Assembly: GCF_003931915.1 (NCBI RefSeq)
Contig: NZ_RSAA01000016.1
Span: forward strand, 133,392-165,391
DNA length: 32,000 bases
Reading direction: 5' to 3'
Source of the DNA: Saccharopolyspora rhizosphaerae
GTDB taxonomy: Bacteria > Actinomycetota > Actinomycetes > Mycobacteriales > Pseudonocardiaceae
Position 1 is the stretch's first letter. The number at the start of each line of letters is the position of its first letter. The translations under genes and the position numbers were made by a program. Below the pieces are notes generated by a model. It did not search any database. It was not told the DNA's origin and worked only from the letters and a program-made list of their open reading frames with translations. This document shows, one piece after another, positions 1 to 11,301 of this stretch.

Positions 1-990
1 GTCGCCGCCGACCTGGTCGTCGCGGTACTGGCGGGTGTCGAGCACGTGGAACGTCGCCAGCGAACCCCACTCGAGCCGCCGGAACAGCCGCATGTCGATG
101 CCCTGCGGGACCTGGGCGCGACGCAGCGGCATGTTCTCGTAGTAGGCCTGGAACGCGGCCTTGCGGCGTTCCAGGAAGTTCGGTTGCGGCTTCTCCGGCT
201 TCTCGTGGACCTCATCGGCCCAGTTGTTGTCGACCTCGTGGTCGTCCCAGACCACGACCCACGGCGCCGCGGCGTGCGCGTGCTGCAGGTCGGCGTCGGT
301 CTTGTACTGGGCATGCCGCTGCCGGTAGTTCGCCAGCGTCTCGGTCTCCGGACCTGCGTGGTCGCGGACGTTGCCGCTCGGGGCCTCGTAGTCACCGGCC
401 GCGTACTCGTACTGGTAGTCGCCCAGGTGCAGGACCAGGTCCGGCCGCTCGTCGCCGAGGTGCCGGTAGGCGGTGAAGTACCCGTGCTCGTACTGGGCGC
501 AGGAGGCGAACGCCATCGACAGCTCGCCCGTGGTGCCGGGCAGCGGGGCCGTCCGCGTGCGCCCGGCCGGCGAGACCGAGCCCTCGGCGCGGAACCGGTA
601 GAAGTAGTCCCGGCCCGGGCGCAGCCCCTCCAGCTCGACGTGCACGCTGTGGCCCATCTCGGGCGCGGCGGGTGCTTCGCCCCGGCGCACCACCCGGGTG
701 AAGTTCTCGTCCTCGGCCACTTCCCACTGCACCGTGACGGTCTTGCCCGGCATGCCGCCCATGCCGTCCTCGGCCAGCGGATCCGGGGCCAGCCGCGTCC
801 ACAGCACGAAACCGTCCGGCAACGGATCACCCGAGGCCACGCCCAGGGTGAACACCTCACCGCGCCGGGCGGCACCGGCACCGGCACCCGGCAGCGACAG
901 CACGGACGGCGCGACGGTCAGCGCCGCGGCACCGGCGGCACCGCCCAGCAGCACGTGGCGGCGGGAGAGCTTCGCAACGGACTTGTCCAT
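1..990 (-). CDS. phoD: PhoD-family alkaline phosphatase/phosphodiesterase, Tat-exported; partial, with the C-terminus beyond the left window edge
   Basis: It is not in the ORF track because no stop lies inside the window. The minus frame is open from ATG at 990..988 down to nt 1 (330 codons). My own translation starts MDKSVAKLSRRHVLLGGAAGAAALTV (twin-arginine signal), followed by FTLGVASGDP, MAFASCAQYEHGYF and VVWDDHEVDNNW, which are PhoD metallophosphatase hallmarks. Confidence 0.85.
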   Translation of the reverse strand, partial: MDKSVAKLSRRHVLLGGAAGAAALTVAPSVLSLPGAGAGAARRGEVFTLGVASGDPLPDGFVLWTRLAPDPLAEDGMGGMPGKTVTVQWEVAEDENFTRVVRRGEAPAAPEMGHSVHVELEGLRPGRDYFYRFRAEGSVSPAGRTRTAPLPGTTGELSMAFASCAQYEHGYFTAYRHLGDERPDLVLHLGDYQYEYAAGDYEAPSGNVRDHAGPETETLANYRQRHAQYKTDADLQHAHAAAPWVVVWDDHEVDNNWADEVHEKPEKPQPNFLERRKAAFQAYYENMPLRRAQVPQGIDMRLFRRLEWGSLATFHVLDTRQYRDDQVGGD

Positions 991-1040
991 GGGGTTCGGT
1001 CCTCCATCGGTTCGGCAACGACACCACTCTCACCGGGCCA

Positions 1041-1073
1041 GGTGAACGCACCGGTGATCGTCGATGAACGAAC
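1041..1073 (-). promoter_or_regulatory. Candidate PHO boxes (PhoP operator) upstream of phoD
   Basis: On the phoD coding strand the sequence reads GTTCATCgacGATCACCggtgcGTTCACC. That gives three GTTCAYC-like direct-repeat cores at offsets 0, 10 and 22 nt, lying 51-83 nt upstream of the ATG. It resembles the actinomycete PhoP direct-repeat unit GKTCAYYYRSG. Confidence 0.35.
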
Positions 1074-1086
1074 CGTGCACAACGAC

Positions 1087-1118
1087 GAAGCCCCCGGCCA
1101 CTGGAGACCGGGGGCTTC
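1087..1118 (-). terminator. Stem-loop terminator downstream of the glf-glfT2-PAP2-DPPR synthase operon
   Basis: A perfect 11-bp inverted repeat, GAAGCCCCCGG (1087-1097) / CCGGGGGCTTC (1108-1118), with a 10-nt loop. It starts 14 nt after the stop at 1132. Confidence 0.6.
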
Positions 1119-1131
1119 GACGGAGCGTCAC

Positions 1132-2229
1132 TCAGAGGTAGAACGCCAGGAACAGGCAGCCTGCCAGGACCAGGCCGAGCACCATGAGGACCTTGTCCTT
1201 GAGGACCACTTCCTCCGGCTCACCGGCGACACCCTTGTCGATGTCCACCGCGTACCGCAGGATCGCGATCACCATCGGCACGATGGAGATCAGGCCCCAG
1301 CGCGACATCTCGAACTCGCGGATGTCGTAGGCCCACAGCGCGTAGGTCATGATCGTGATCGCGGCCGCGATCGCCCACACGAACCGCAGGTACGAGGGCG
1401 AGTACGCCTTCAGCGACTTGCGGATCTTCGCGCCGGTCTCGGCGGCCAGCTTCACCTCGGCGTAGCGCTTGCCCGCCACCATGAACAGCGAGCCGAACGC
1501 CACGATCAGGTAGAACCACTGGGTGATCACCAGGTTCGCCGCGGCACCACCGGCGATGGCGCGCAGCAGGAACCCGGAGGCCACGATGCACAGGTCGATG
1601 ACCGGCTGGTGCTTGAGGCCGAAGCAGTAGCCCAGTTGCACCGCGATGTACAGCGCCATGACCGCGAGCAGCTGCATGCTCGTCAGGCCCGAGATCACCA
1701 GCGAGCCACCCAGCAGCAGCGCGCACACCGCGTAGGCGATCGGCACCGGGATCAGCCCGGCGGCGATCGGCCGGTTGCGCTTGGTCGGGTGCTGCCGGTC
1801 CGCCTCGACATCGATCGCGTCGTTGACGAAGTAGATGCCCGAAGCGGCCATCGAGAACACCACGAACGCGATCACCGCGTCGAGCAGGACAGCCGGGTCC
1901 AGGATTTCGCCTGCCGCGAACGGCACGGCCAGGACCAGGACGTTCTTGACCCACTGCTTCGGGCGCAGTTCCTTGACCAGACCGGTCACCAGACCGGCCG
2001 TGGTCCCCGCCTTGGCGGTCACCTTCGCGTGGTAGGCGTCCGAGGACTTGTCCTTCTCGTCGCCGGCCTCGGCCGGCTCGGCCTCCAGCACCTCGTCGCC
2101 GAACTCGGCACCGATGGTGCCTTCCGAGTCGGCCTCCACCTCGGCCTGCTTCGAGGCAGCCGACCCGGCTCCCTCGGAGGCTTCGGTGGCCTCGGCTACC
2201 TCGGCCGAAGCTTGCTTGTTGTCAGCCAC
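1132..2229 (-). CDS. ubiA: Decaprenyl-phosphate phosphoribosyltransferase (DPPR synthase, UbiA superfamily, Rv3806c type)
   Basis: The 365-aa product contains LRPKQWVKNVLVLAVPFAAG, YFVNDAIDVEADRQHPTKRNRPIAAG and GLKHQPVIDL, and from about residue 70 it is close, by recall of the sequence, to M. tuberculosis Rv3806c. The GTG start has GGAGGA 5 nt upstream and overlaps the upstream stop (GTGGCTGA). Confidence 0.9.
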   Translation of the reverse strand: MADNKQASAEVAEATEASEGAGSAASKQAEVEADSEGTIGAEFGDEVLEAEPAEAGDEKDKSSDAYHAKVTAKAGTTAGLVTGLVKELRPKQWVKNVLVLAVPFAAGEILDPAVLLDAVIAFVVFSMAASGIYFVNDAIDVEADRQHPTKRNRPIAAGLIPVPIAYAVCALLLGGSLVISGLTSMQLLAVMALYIAVQLGYCFGLKHQPVIDLCIVASGFLLRAIAGGAAANLVITQWFYLIVAFGSLFMVAGKRYAEVKLAAETGAKIRKSLKAYSPSYLRFVWAIAAAITIMTYALWAYDIREFEMSRWGLISIVPMVIAILRYAVDIDKGVAGEPEEVVLKDKVLMVLGLVLAGCLFLAFYL

Positions 2230-2830
2230 GGTTCCTCCGCCGTCTCATGAACCGCCGGGTGACCAGTGCCACGGCACCGCCGAGCACCGAACCGGCGACC
2301 ACATCGCTCGGGTAATGAACCCCCAGGACAAGACGGCTGACCATCATGGGCGGCACCAGTGCCGGGGTCAGCTTCTTGCCGGTCAACCCGCCGTAGAGCA
2401 CCGCGGCGGCCGTCGTGGACGTCGCGTGCGAGGACGGGAAGCTCAGCTGGCTCGGCGTACCGACCAGCACCTCGATCTCGGGGTCTTTCGGGCGCGGGCG
2501 GCGGACCACCCGCTTGACCGCGACCGACGCCGCGTGCGCGACGGCGACCCCGGCTGCCGCGGTCACCCACTGGCCGCGACGCTTGCGGTCGGCCAGCGCG
2601 CCGACCGCGCCGATGGCCAGCCAACCCGCGGCGTGTTCGCCGAACAACGACATCGCGTTCGCCGTCTTGACGACCGCGGGCTTGGCCAGCGCGCCCTGCA
2701 CCTTGCGCAGAGCGATGGTCTCGGCCGTGACCTCCTCGTCCTTCTTGAGGTCGGTCACGTCCTCGGGGGCGATCAGCGTAGTCAGCTCTGCCACTTCGTC
2801 TCCGGGAAAGTCGGCGTCATTTCGAATCAA
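2222..2830 (-). CDS. PAP2-family phosphatase (Rv3807c-like decaprenylphosphoryl-5-phosphoribose phosphatase)
   Basis: PAP2 motifs are present: KRVVRRPRP, SFPSSHAT and GVHYPSDVVAG. It sits between glfT2 and the DPPR synthase, as in mycobacteria. The start is uncertain: the ORF-track start is TTG at 2830, which overlaps the glfT2 stop. Confidence 0.8.
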   Translation of the reverse strand: MIRNDADFPGDEVAELTTLIAPEDVTDLKKDEEVTAETIALRKVQGALAKPAVVKTANAMSLFGEHAAGWLAIGAVGALADRKRRGQWVTAAAGVAVAHAASVAVKRVVRRPRPKDPEIEVLVGTPSQLSFPSSHATSTTAAAVLYGGLTGKKLTPALVPPMMVSRLVLGVHYPSDVVAGSVLGGAVALVTRRFMRRRRNRG

Positions 2831-4772
2831 AGACTTGCTTCCAGGACTCCGCGCTGGTCAGCTCCGGCAGCGCCGCCCGGTACTCCTCGCGCAGCCGACC
2901 CCACTCCTGGCCGAGCCGCTTGTAGTTGGCCAGCGCCTGCAGGCCCAGCCGGCGGAAGGTCTCCGGGTCGCGGCGCCGGAACGCCACCCCGCTGCCGTCG
3001 GCGTTGGACACCGTGGCGCTGTCCAGGTTGCCCAGTAGGAACCAGCGGGCCGCGGCTGCCGGCACGTTGAGCTGCGGCCGGTCCGACGCGTCGTTCGCGG
3101 GTTCCTTGAGGTTGTGCAGCAGCGCCTTGGAGGCGCGGGCCGCGATCACCGCCGGGTTCACCGGCGGGTTGAGCAGCCCTTCGGCCATGATCGGGTCCGC
3201 GCTCGGCGGCGGGAACTCCCGCGCCGAGGGCAGCGTCTTGGCGTCGTCGTAGTCCTTGCGCAGCTCGCGGACGGCGGGCAACGCCGTGCGCAGGCTGTCG
3301 AACAGGCCCGACGGGCCCTTGAGGAAGTCCTCGATCGCCTTCTGCTGCACGGCGACCGTGGAGTACTCCATCGACAACAGGTGCCGCAGCGTGAGCTTGA
3401 GTCCCTGCTTGACGATGTTGTTCTTGACCTCGTCCGGGCTGTGCAGCGCGGCCAGGATGAGCCGGTTGCGAGTGTGGAAGTAGGCGGTCCAGTCCGTGGC
3501 GTCGTTCTTGTCTGTCCACGGCATGTGCCAGATCGCCGCACCCGGGAGCGTCACGGTCGGGTAGCCCTGGGCCCCGGCGCGCAGCGAGTACTCCGAGTCG
3601 TCGTGCTTGATGAACAGCGGCAGCGGCAGCCCGGTGCGCTCGATGATCTCGCGCGGGAACAGGCACATCCACCACCCGTTGTAGGTGGAGTGGATACGCG
3701 GGTGCAGCTTCTTGGTCTTGCGCAACGGCTTCTTGGCGAAGTCGTGGTCGGTGACCGCTCCCGGGGCCGCGCGCCAGATCCCCTGGCCGAGGTCGACGAC
3801 CTCGCCCATGGTGTGCAGCCGGGAGCGCGCCTGCAGGTTGAGCATCTGCCCACCGACGATGACCGGCTGGGTGGCGGCGCGGGCGAAGGCGTTGGCCCGC
3901 AGTACGCCGTCCGGTTCCAGGGCGATGTCGTCGTCGATGACCATCACCTGGGCGGCGTCGGAGTTGTGGATGCCCTCGTACATGACCCGGCCGAAGCCGC
4001 CGGACCCGCCGAGGTTGTCCTGCTCGATGACGTGCAGCTTGTCGCCGATGGCCTTGGCGGCCTCGTCGAAGCCCTCGACCTCGTGGACCTTCTGCGGGCC
4101 CTGGTCGGCCACGATGACCCGCTCCACCACCGCCATGACCTGCGGGTCCTCGCCCAAGGTCTTGAGCGCCTCGATGCACTCCGAGGGCCGGATGGTGGTA
4201 GTGCCGACCACGACCTGCTGCTGGGGCATCGGCTGGTCGGTGGTCCAGGCGCCTTCGCTGACCTCCAGCTCGACGTCGTTGGTGAACAGGTCGAACCAGA
4301 TCCAGCCGCCGTCCTCGAAGGGCTGCAGCGAGACCTTGAACTCCAAAGCGGTCCAGTCGTCGCTGGAGACCGGGGAGCCCTGGAGGTGAACGCTGTCACC
4401 GTTGGCCTTCGAGCGGTAGACGTCGAGCCGACCGGACCCCTTCACCTGCAGCCGCAGCACGACCTCTTCGATCTTGGTCCAACGCTTCCAGTAACTGGCC
4501 GGGAAGGCGTTGAAGTAGGACGCGAGCGAGATCTTGCTGTGCGCGGGGAGGCGCAGGTGGCGGCGGGACACCACGGTGGCGGTGCTGGCCAGCGCCTCCG
4601 GCTCGTCGATGTAGAGCGGACGCACGTCCAGCGGATCCTCGCCACGCGGGAACACGATCCGCTGCAACACCTGTTCGGGCGCCACGTCCGAGGTCCCGGC
4701 GCGCACCGAAGTGACGTCGCTGAACTTGCTCTCACCAGCGGCGTTGGGCTCTCGGGGGGTCCGGTCGGTCAC
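2817..4772 (-). CDS. glfT2: Galactofuranosyltransferase GlfT2 (GT2; galactan polymerase)
   Basis: The size (651 aa), the position directly after glf and the GT-A core (VMVIDDDIALEPD, HDDSEYSLRA) match Rv3808c. The GTG start at 4772 has GGAGGA 5 nt upstream and lies 1 nt after the glf stop. Confidence 0.9.
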   Translation of the reverse strand: MTDRTPREPNAAGESKFSDVTSVRAGTSDVAPEQVLQRIVFPRGEDPLDVRPLYIDEPEALASTATVVSRRHLRLPAHSKISLASYFNAFPASYWKRWTKIEEVVLRLQVKGSGRLDVYRSKANGDSVHLQGSPVSSDDWTALEFKVSLQPFEDGGWIWFDLFTNDVELEVSEGAWTTDQPMPQQQVVVGTTTIRPSECIEALKTLGEDPQVMAVVERVIVADQGPQKVHEVEGFDEAAKAIGDKLHVIEQDNLGGSGGFGRVMYEGIHNSDAAQVMVIDDDIALEPDGVLRANAFARAATQPVIVGGQMLNLQARSRLHTMGEVVDLGQGIWRAAPGAVTDHDFAKKPLRKTKKLHPRIHSTYNGWWMCLFPREIIERTGLPLPLFIKHDDSEYSLRAGAQGYPTVTLPGAAIWHMPWTDKNDATDWTAYFHTRNRLILAALHSPDEVKNNIVKQGLKLTLRHLLSMEYSTVAVQQKAIEDFLKGPSGLFDSLRTALPAVRELRKDYDDAKTLPSAREFPPPSADPIMAEGLLNPPVNPAVIAARASKALLHNLKEPANDASDRPQLNVPAAAARWFLLGNLDSATVSNADGSGVAFRRRDPETFRRLGLQALANYKRLGQEWGRLREEYRAALPELTSAESWKQVFDSK

Positions 4773-4773
4773 G

Positions 4774-7514
<2,741 letters not shown>

Positions 7515-7637
7515 TTCCACTCCGTGGATTCAAGCGATCGAGGGTTCCCGAAAGGCGACTGATCGGTCCCGGATCCATACTCGCCCTCGCCGTGAAGCGC
7601 GTGCCGAGAACAGCGCACGCACTCCAGCCGAAGCGAG

Positions 7638-8717
7638 GTGCCGCCCATGCGTCCCCGGTTCACGCCCCCGAAGCTGGTCACCGCAGCGCTGCTGACCCTG
7701 GCCTTCCTCCCGCTCTCCGGCACGTGCGGTCTCGCAGCACCGGGCTCCCCCGACCCCGGCACGCGGAGCACCCGCGTCCCGCTGCGCGACGCCGCCCGCG
7801 ACGACCGGTCCGCGGCGCGCGAGGTGCGCACCGCCGAGCCCTTCGACCTGCTCGGGCTCACCTGGGAAGGCCCGGCGCCGGACCGCATCGAGGTGCGGGT
7901 GCGCACCGCCGAGGACTGGGGCCCGTGGACCCCGCTGGAAGCCGAGGACGGCGGCAGCGAACCGCTGTGGACCGGCGGCAGCGCCCAGGCGCAGGTCCGC
8001 GCGACCGGCCTGGGCGCCGACGTCACCGACCGGGTGCAGTTCATCGGCATCGACCCGGCGCCGCAGATGGCTCCACCGCAGGTCAACGCCTCGCAGGCGG
8101 GTGCACCGCCGGTCGTCACCCGCGCTCAGTGGGGCGCCGACGAGTCGAAGATGACCTGGCCGGTCGAGCCGACCACCACCGAGGCCGCGGTCGTGCACCA
8201 CACCGCGGGCACCAACGACTACACCTGCGACCGCTCGGCGGAGCTCGTGCGCGGCATCTACGAGTACCACGCGGTGGCGCGGGGCTGGGGCGACATCGGT
8301 TACCACGCCCTGGTCGACAAGTGCGGCACCGTCTTCGAAGGCCGCTCCGGCGGCTTGGAGGGGAACGTGATCGGCGGTCACGTGCGCGGCTTCAACGACC
8401 ACACCTTCGGCATCTCGATGATGGGCAACCACGTCGACGTCCCCCCGTCACCCGAGACGGTGCGCTCGGTGGGCGAGGTGGCCGGCTGGAAGCTGGGCAC
8501 CGCGGGCGTTCCCGCCGACGGCACCACGCGCCTGGTCTCCCGCGCCCCCGCGGGCTCGAAGCACCCCTCGGGCACCGAGGTCGCGGTGCCGACGATCTTC
8601 GCCCACCGCGACGTCGCCCACACCGCGTGCCCGGGTGCGCGTGGCTACGACCAGCTCGGAGCCATCCGGGAGCGGGCCGTCAGCGTCCAGGCGTCCGAGA
8701 ACGCCGCACCGCAGTGA
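7638..8717 (+). CDS. Secreted N-acetylmuramoyl-L-alanine amidase (Amidase_2 / PGRP domain; Rv3811-like)
   Basis: It has a signal peptide (LVTAALLTLAFLPLSG). The C-terminal domain contains VVHHTAGTNDY, GWGDIGYHALVD, GGHVRGFNDHTFGISMMGN and HRDVAHTACPG. An alternative ATG start lies at 7647. Confidence 0.85.
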   Translation: MPPMRPRFTPPKLVTAALLTLAFLPLSGTCGLAAPGSPDPGTRSTRVPLRDAARDDRSAAREVRTAEPFDLLGLTWEGPAPDRIEVRVRTAEDWGPWTPLEAEDGGSEPLWTGGSAQAQVRATGLGADVTDRVQFIGIDPAPQMAPPQVNASQAGAPPVVTRAQWGADESKMTWPVEPTTTEAAVVHHTAGTNDYTCDRSAELVRGIYEYHAVARGWGDIGYHALVDKCGTVFEGRSGGLEGNVIGGHVRGFNDHTFGISMMGNHVDVPPSPETVRSVGEVAGWKLGTAGVPADGTTRLVSRAPAGSKHPSGTEVAVPTIFAHRDVAHTACPGARGYDQLGAIRERAVSVQASENAAPQ

Positions 8718-8724
8718 CCCGCCC

Positions 8725-9537
8725 TCACCACCAACGCTCGAGGACCTGGGCCACGCCGTCCTCGGCGTTGCTGGTGGTGACCTCGTCCGCGGCCGCCAGG
8801 GCGTCGGGGTGGGCGTTGCGCATGGCCACGCCGTGACCGGCCCAGCTGAGCATCGGCACGTCGTTGGGCATGTCGCCGAAGGCGATCACCTCGGACCGGG
8901 CGATGCCGAGCTCGGCGGCCACGGCTGCCAGGCCGGCGGCCTTGTCGATCCCCGGCGCGGAGAGCTCGACCAGCCCGGAGTCCGTCGAGTACGTCGCACG
9001 CAGCCGGTCACCGATGATGTCCGAGGTGGCCGCCGCCAGCTCCGCGCTGTTCAGGCCGGGGTGCATCACCAGCAGCTTCATCGCCGGCTTGCCCGTGAGC
9101 TCGTCGGTGGCGGCGACGCGGATGTCGGTGTTCCTCCACCCGCGGTGGAAGTCCGCCTCGGCGACGAACTGCTCGCGCAGGTCCTCGCGGGCGCTGCGCG
9201 TGGTGCGCTCGACCGCGAACGCGCAGCCGTGCAGCTCGTGGCGCAACTCCCGCACCACGTCGTGCAGCTCCACCGGGTCGATGTCGTGGCTGTGCAGCAC
9301 CCGGTCGGCGGCCGTGTCGTAGGTGACCGCCCCGTTCGCGCACACCGCGATCCCGGCCACCCCGAGGGCCTCGACCACCCGCGGCAACCACCGCGGCGGA
9401 CGCCCCGTGACCAGCACGAACGGTGTTCCGGCGGAAACGATGCGGCTGGCCGTGGCCGCCGTGCGAGCGGAAACCCGCTCCATCGGGTCGAGCAGGGTTC
9501 CGTCCACGTCGGATGCCACCAGGCCAGGTTCACGCAC
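8725..9537 (-). CDS. HAD-IIB (Cof-type) phosphatase
   Basis: Motif I is LVASDVDGTLLD, followed by VTGRPPRW and a C-terminal FGDMPNDVPML. The ORF is open to 9609, but I prefer the GTG at 9537 just before motif I. Confidence 0.8.
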   Translation of the reverse strand: MREPGLVASDVDGTLLDPMERVSARTAATASRIVSAGTPFVLVTGRPPRWLPRVVEALGVAGIAVCANGAVTYDTAADRVLHSHDIDPVELHDVVRELRHELHGCAFAVERTTRSAREDLREQFVAEADFHRGWRNTDIRVAATDELTGKPAMKLLVMHPGLNSAELAAATSDIIGDRLRATYSTDSGLVELSAPGIDKAAGLAAVAAELGIARSEVIAFGDMPNDVPMLSWAGHGVAMRNAHPDALAAADEVTTSNAEDGVAQVLERWW

Positions 9538-9630
9538 CCGACCATCATGCCCGCCGCGCCGAGCATCCGGACATCGTCGCTGGTGACAACACGAAGGGAC
9601 GTTCGTCACCTGATCGGGTCGAAACGCGCG

Positions 9631-10527
9631 ATGCCGTACCAGTACCGTCTACCCGTGCGCGTTGGGATCGTGATCTTGCCCGAACACCGGTGGTGGGCCG
9701 CCGAGCCGCTCTGGCGGATGGCCGAGGAGTACGGCTTCGCCCACGCCTGGACCTACGACCACCTCGGTTGGCACTCCCTTGTGGACAAGGCCTGGTACGA
9801 CGCCGTGCCCACGCTGACCGCCGCGGCCACCGTCACCTCGACGATCCGGCTCGGCACGCTGGTCGCCTCCCCCAACTTCCGCCACCCGGTGCACTTCGCC
9901 CGCGAGCTGACCGCGCTGGACGACATCGCCGACGGCCGCATCACCCTCGGCATCGGCGCGGGTGGCACCGGTTTCGACGCGGAGGTCCTGGGACAGCCGG
10001 AGCTGTCGCCGCCGGAGCGCTCCGACCGCTTCGTCGAGTTCGTCGAGTTGCTCGACCACGTCCTGCGCTTCGACGTCACCGACCACGAAGGCACCTACTA
10101 CTCGGCCGTGCAGGCACGCCGCGCGCCCGGCTGCGTGCAGCTGCCGCGAATCCCGTTCGTGGTGGCCGCCAACGGCACCCGCTCGATGGAACTGGCCGCC
10201 CAGCACGGCCAGGGCTGGGTGACCACCGGCCGCGGTGGCGAGGACGAGGAGGCCTGGTGGCGCGAGGTCGCCGAACTGTCGCTGCGCTTCACCGACATCT
10301 GCCACCAGCAGGGCCGCGATCCGAGGACCGTCGACCGGTACCTGCAGCTCGACGCGGCACCGACGTTCTCGATGTCCAGTGTGGAGCACTTCCGCGACGT
10401 GGTCGGCCGCGCCGACGAACTCGGCTTCACCGACGTCATCACCCACTGGCCTCGCACCGACAGCCCCTACGCGGGCAAGGAGTCCACGGTCGAGGAGATC
10501 GCCACCGAGGTCCTCCCCGAGCTGTAG
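9631..10527 (+). CDS. LLM-class (luciferase-like) flavin/F420-dependent oxidoreductase
   Basis: Only the last 298 aa of the 630-aa track ORF are real. The product starts MPYQYRLPVRVGIVILPE and contains HAWTYDHL, LGTLVASPNFRHP and GRITLGIGAGG. The upstream part of the ORF is antisense to the HAD gene. Confidence 0.8.
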   Translation: MPYQYRLPVRVGIVILPEHRWWAAEPLWRMAEEYGFAHAWTYDHLGWHSLVDKAWYDAVPTLTAAATVTSTIRLGTLVASPNFRHPVHFARELTALDDIADGRITLGIGAGGTGFDAEVLGQPELSPPERSDRFVEFVELLDHVLRFDVTDHEGTYYSAVQARRAPGCVQLPRIPFVVAANGTRSMELAAQHGQGWVTTGRGGEDEEAWWREVAELSLRFTDICHQQGRDPRTVDRYLQLDAAPTFSMSSVEHFRDVVGRADELGFTDVITHWPRTDSPYAGKESTVEEIATEVLPEL

Positions 10528-10592
10528 GACTTCCGCGGCACGTGTGCTGCCTCCGCGACGTGGGTATCCGTCGTCGGCAGGAGGTGGTGACG

Positions 10593-11219
10593 ATGCCGGT
10601 GCAGGACAAGGTGCGGACACTGCTGGACGAGGCGGGCACCAGCTACGCCTCCGAGGCCGGGATCAAGCTGGCCGACAAGCCCTCACCGCTGTACCGGCTA
10701 GTCGTGCTCTCGGTGCTGCTGTCCACGCGCATCAAGGCCGACATCGCAGTGCACGCCGCGCGGGAGCTGGCGCCGTGGAACAGCCCGCAGAAGATGTTCG
10801 ACGCGACCTGGCAGCAGCGGGTCGACGCCCTCGGCGGCGCGGGCTACCGGCGCTACGACGAGAGCACCGCGACCGCCCTCGGCCAGGGCGCCGAGCTGCT
10901 GATCGACCGGTACCACGGTGACCTGCGCAGGTTGCGCGCCAAGGCCGACGGCGACCCGGAGGAGGTCCGCACGCTGCTGGTGGAACTGCCGCGGCTGGGC
11001 CCGGTCGGCGCCGACATCTTCTGCCGCGAAGCCCAACTGGTGTGGCCCGAACTGCGCCCCTCCTTCGACTCCAAAGCACTCAGCGGCGCGAAGAAGCTCG
11101 GCCTGCCGACCGATCCGGACGAGCTCGCCGGTCTCGTCGAGGGCCACGACCTCGCCAGGCTCGCCGCCGCCCTGGTCCGCAGCACGCTCCAACGCGGCGT
11201 CGCTCCCGCCGTCCGCTGA
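10593..11219 (+). CDS. Endonuclease III-like HhH domain protein, with no Fe-S cysteine cluster
   Basis: The ATG at 10593 is preceded by GGAGGTGG. A helix-hairpin-helix segment (LVELPRLGPVGADIFCREAQ) is present. No C-terminal Cys4 motif is visible, so it is not a canonical Nth. Confidence 0.65.
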   Translation: MPVQDKVRTLLDEAGTSYASEAGIKLADKPSPLYRLVVLSVLLSTRIKADIAVHAARELAPWNSPQKMFDATWQQRVDALGGAGYRRYDESTATALGQGAELLIDRYHGDLRRLRAKADGDPEEVRTLLVELPRLGPVGADIFCREAQLVWPELRPSFDSKALSGAKKLGLPTDPDELAGLVEGHDLARLAAALVRSTLQRGVAPAVR

Positions 11220-11236
11220 CCAGGCCCCTGAACGAC

Positions 11237-11265
11237 GGAAGACCCCAGCTGAGCTGGGGTCTTCC
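11237..11265. terminator. Bidirectional stem-loop between convergent genes (HhH protein and serS)
   Basis: A 13-bp perfect inverted repeat, GGAAGACCCCAGC / GCTGGGGTCTTCC, with a 3-nt spacer. A second palindrome, GTTCCGGCCGGAAC, lies at 11282-11295. Confidence 0.6.
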
Positions 11266-11301
11266 GCTACGACTGAGCGATGTTCCGGCCGGAACGTCAC
11301 G

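Noticed and set aside
46-2250. A 734-aa plus-strand ORF spanning the phoD and DPPR synthase regions.
   Set aside because: It is antisense to two well-supported minus-strand genes. The translation is Arg/Gly/Val/His-rich low-complexity sequence with no recognisable motif. This is the typical stop-codon-poor shadow frame of high-GC DNA.
7515-7637. A possible c-di-AMP (ydaO-type) riboswitch upstream of the cell-wall amidase. These riboswitches often precede actinobacterial wall hydrolases, and the region contains GGGTTCCCGAAAGG.
   Set aside because: The gap is only 123 nt. It lacks the paired conserved GGGGACCCA and GGGGUGAAUC-type elements and the pseudo-twofold architecture I would expect, and I cannot support the call without a covariance-model scan.
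8635-9630. The N-terminal 332 codons of the 630-aa plus-strand ORF that ends as the LLM oxidoreductase.
   Set aside because: This part is antisense to the HAD phosphatase gene. LLM homology starts at ATG 9631.
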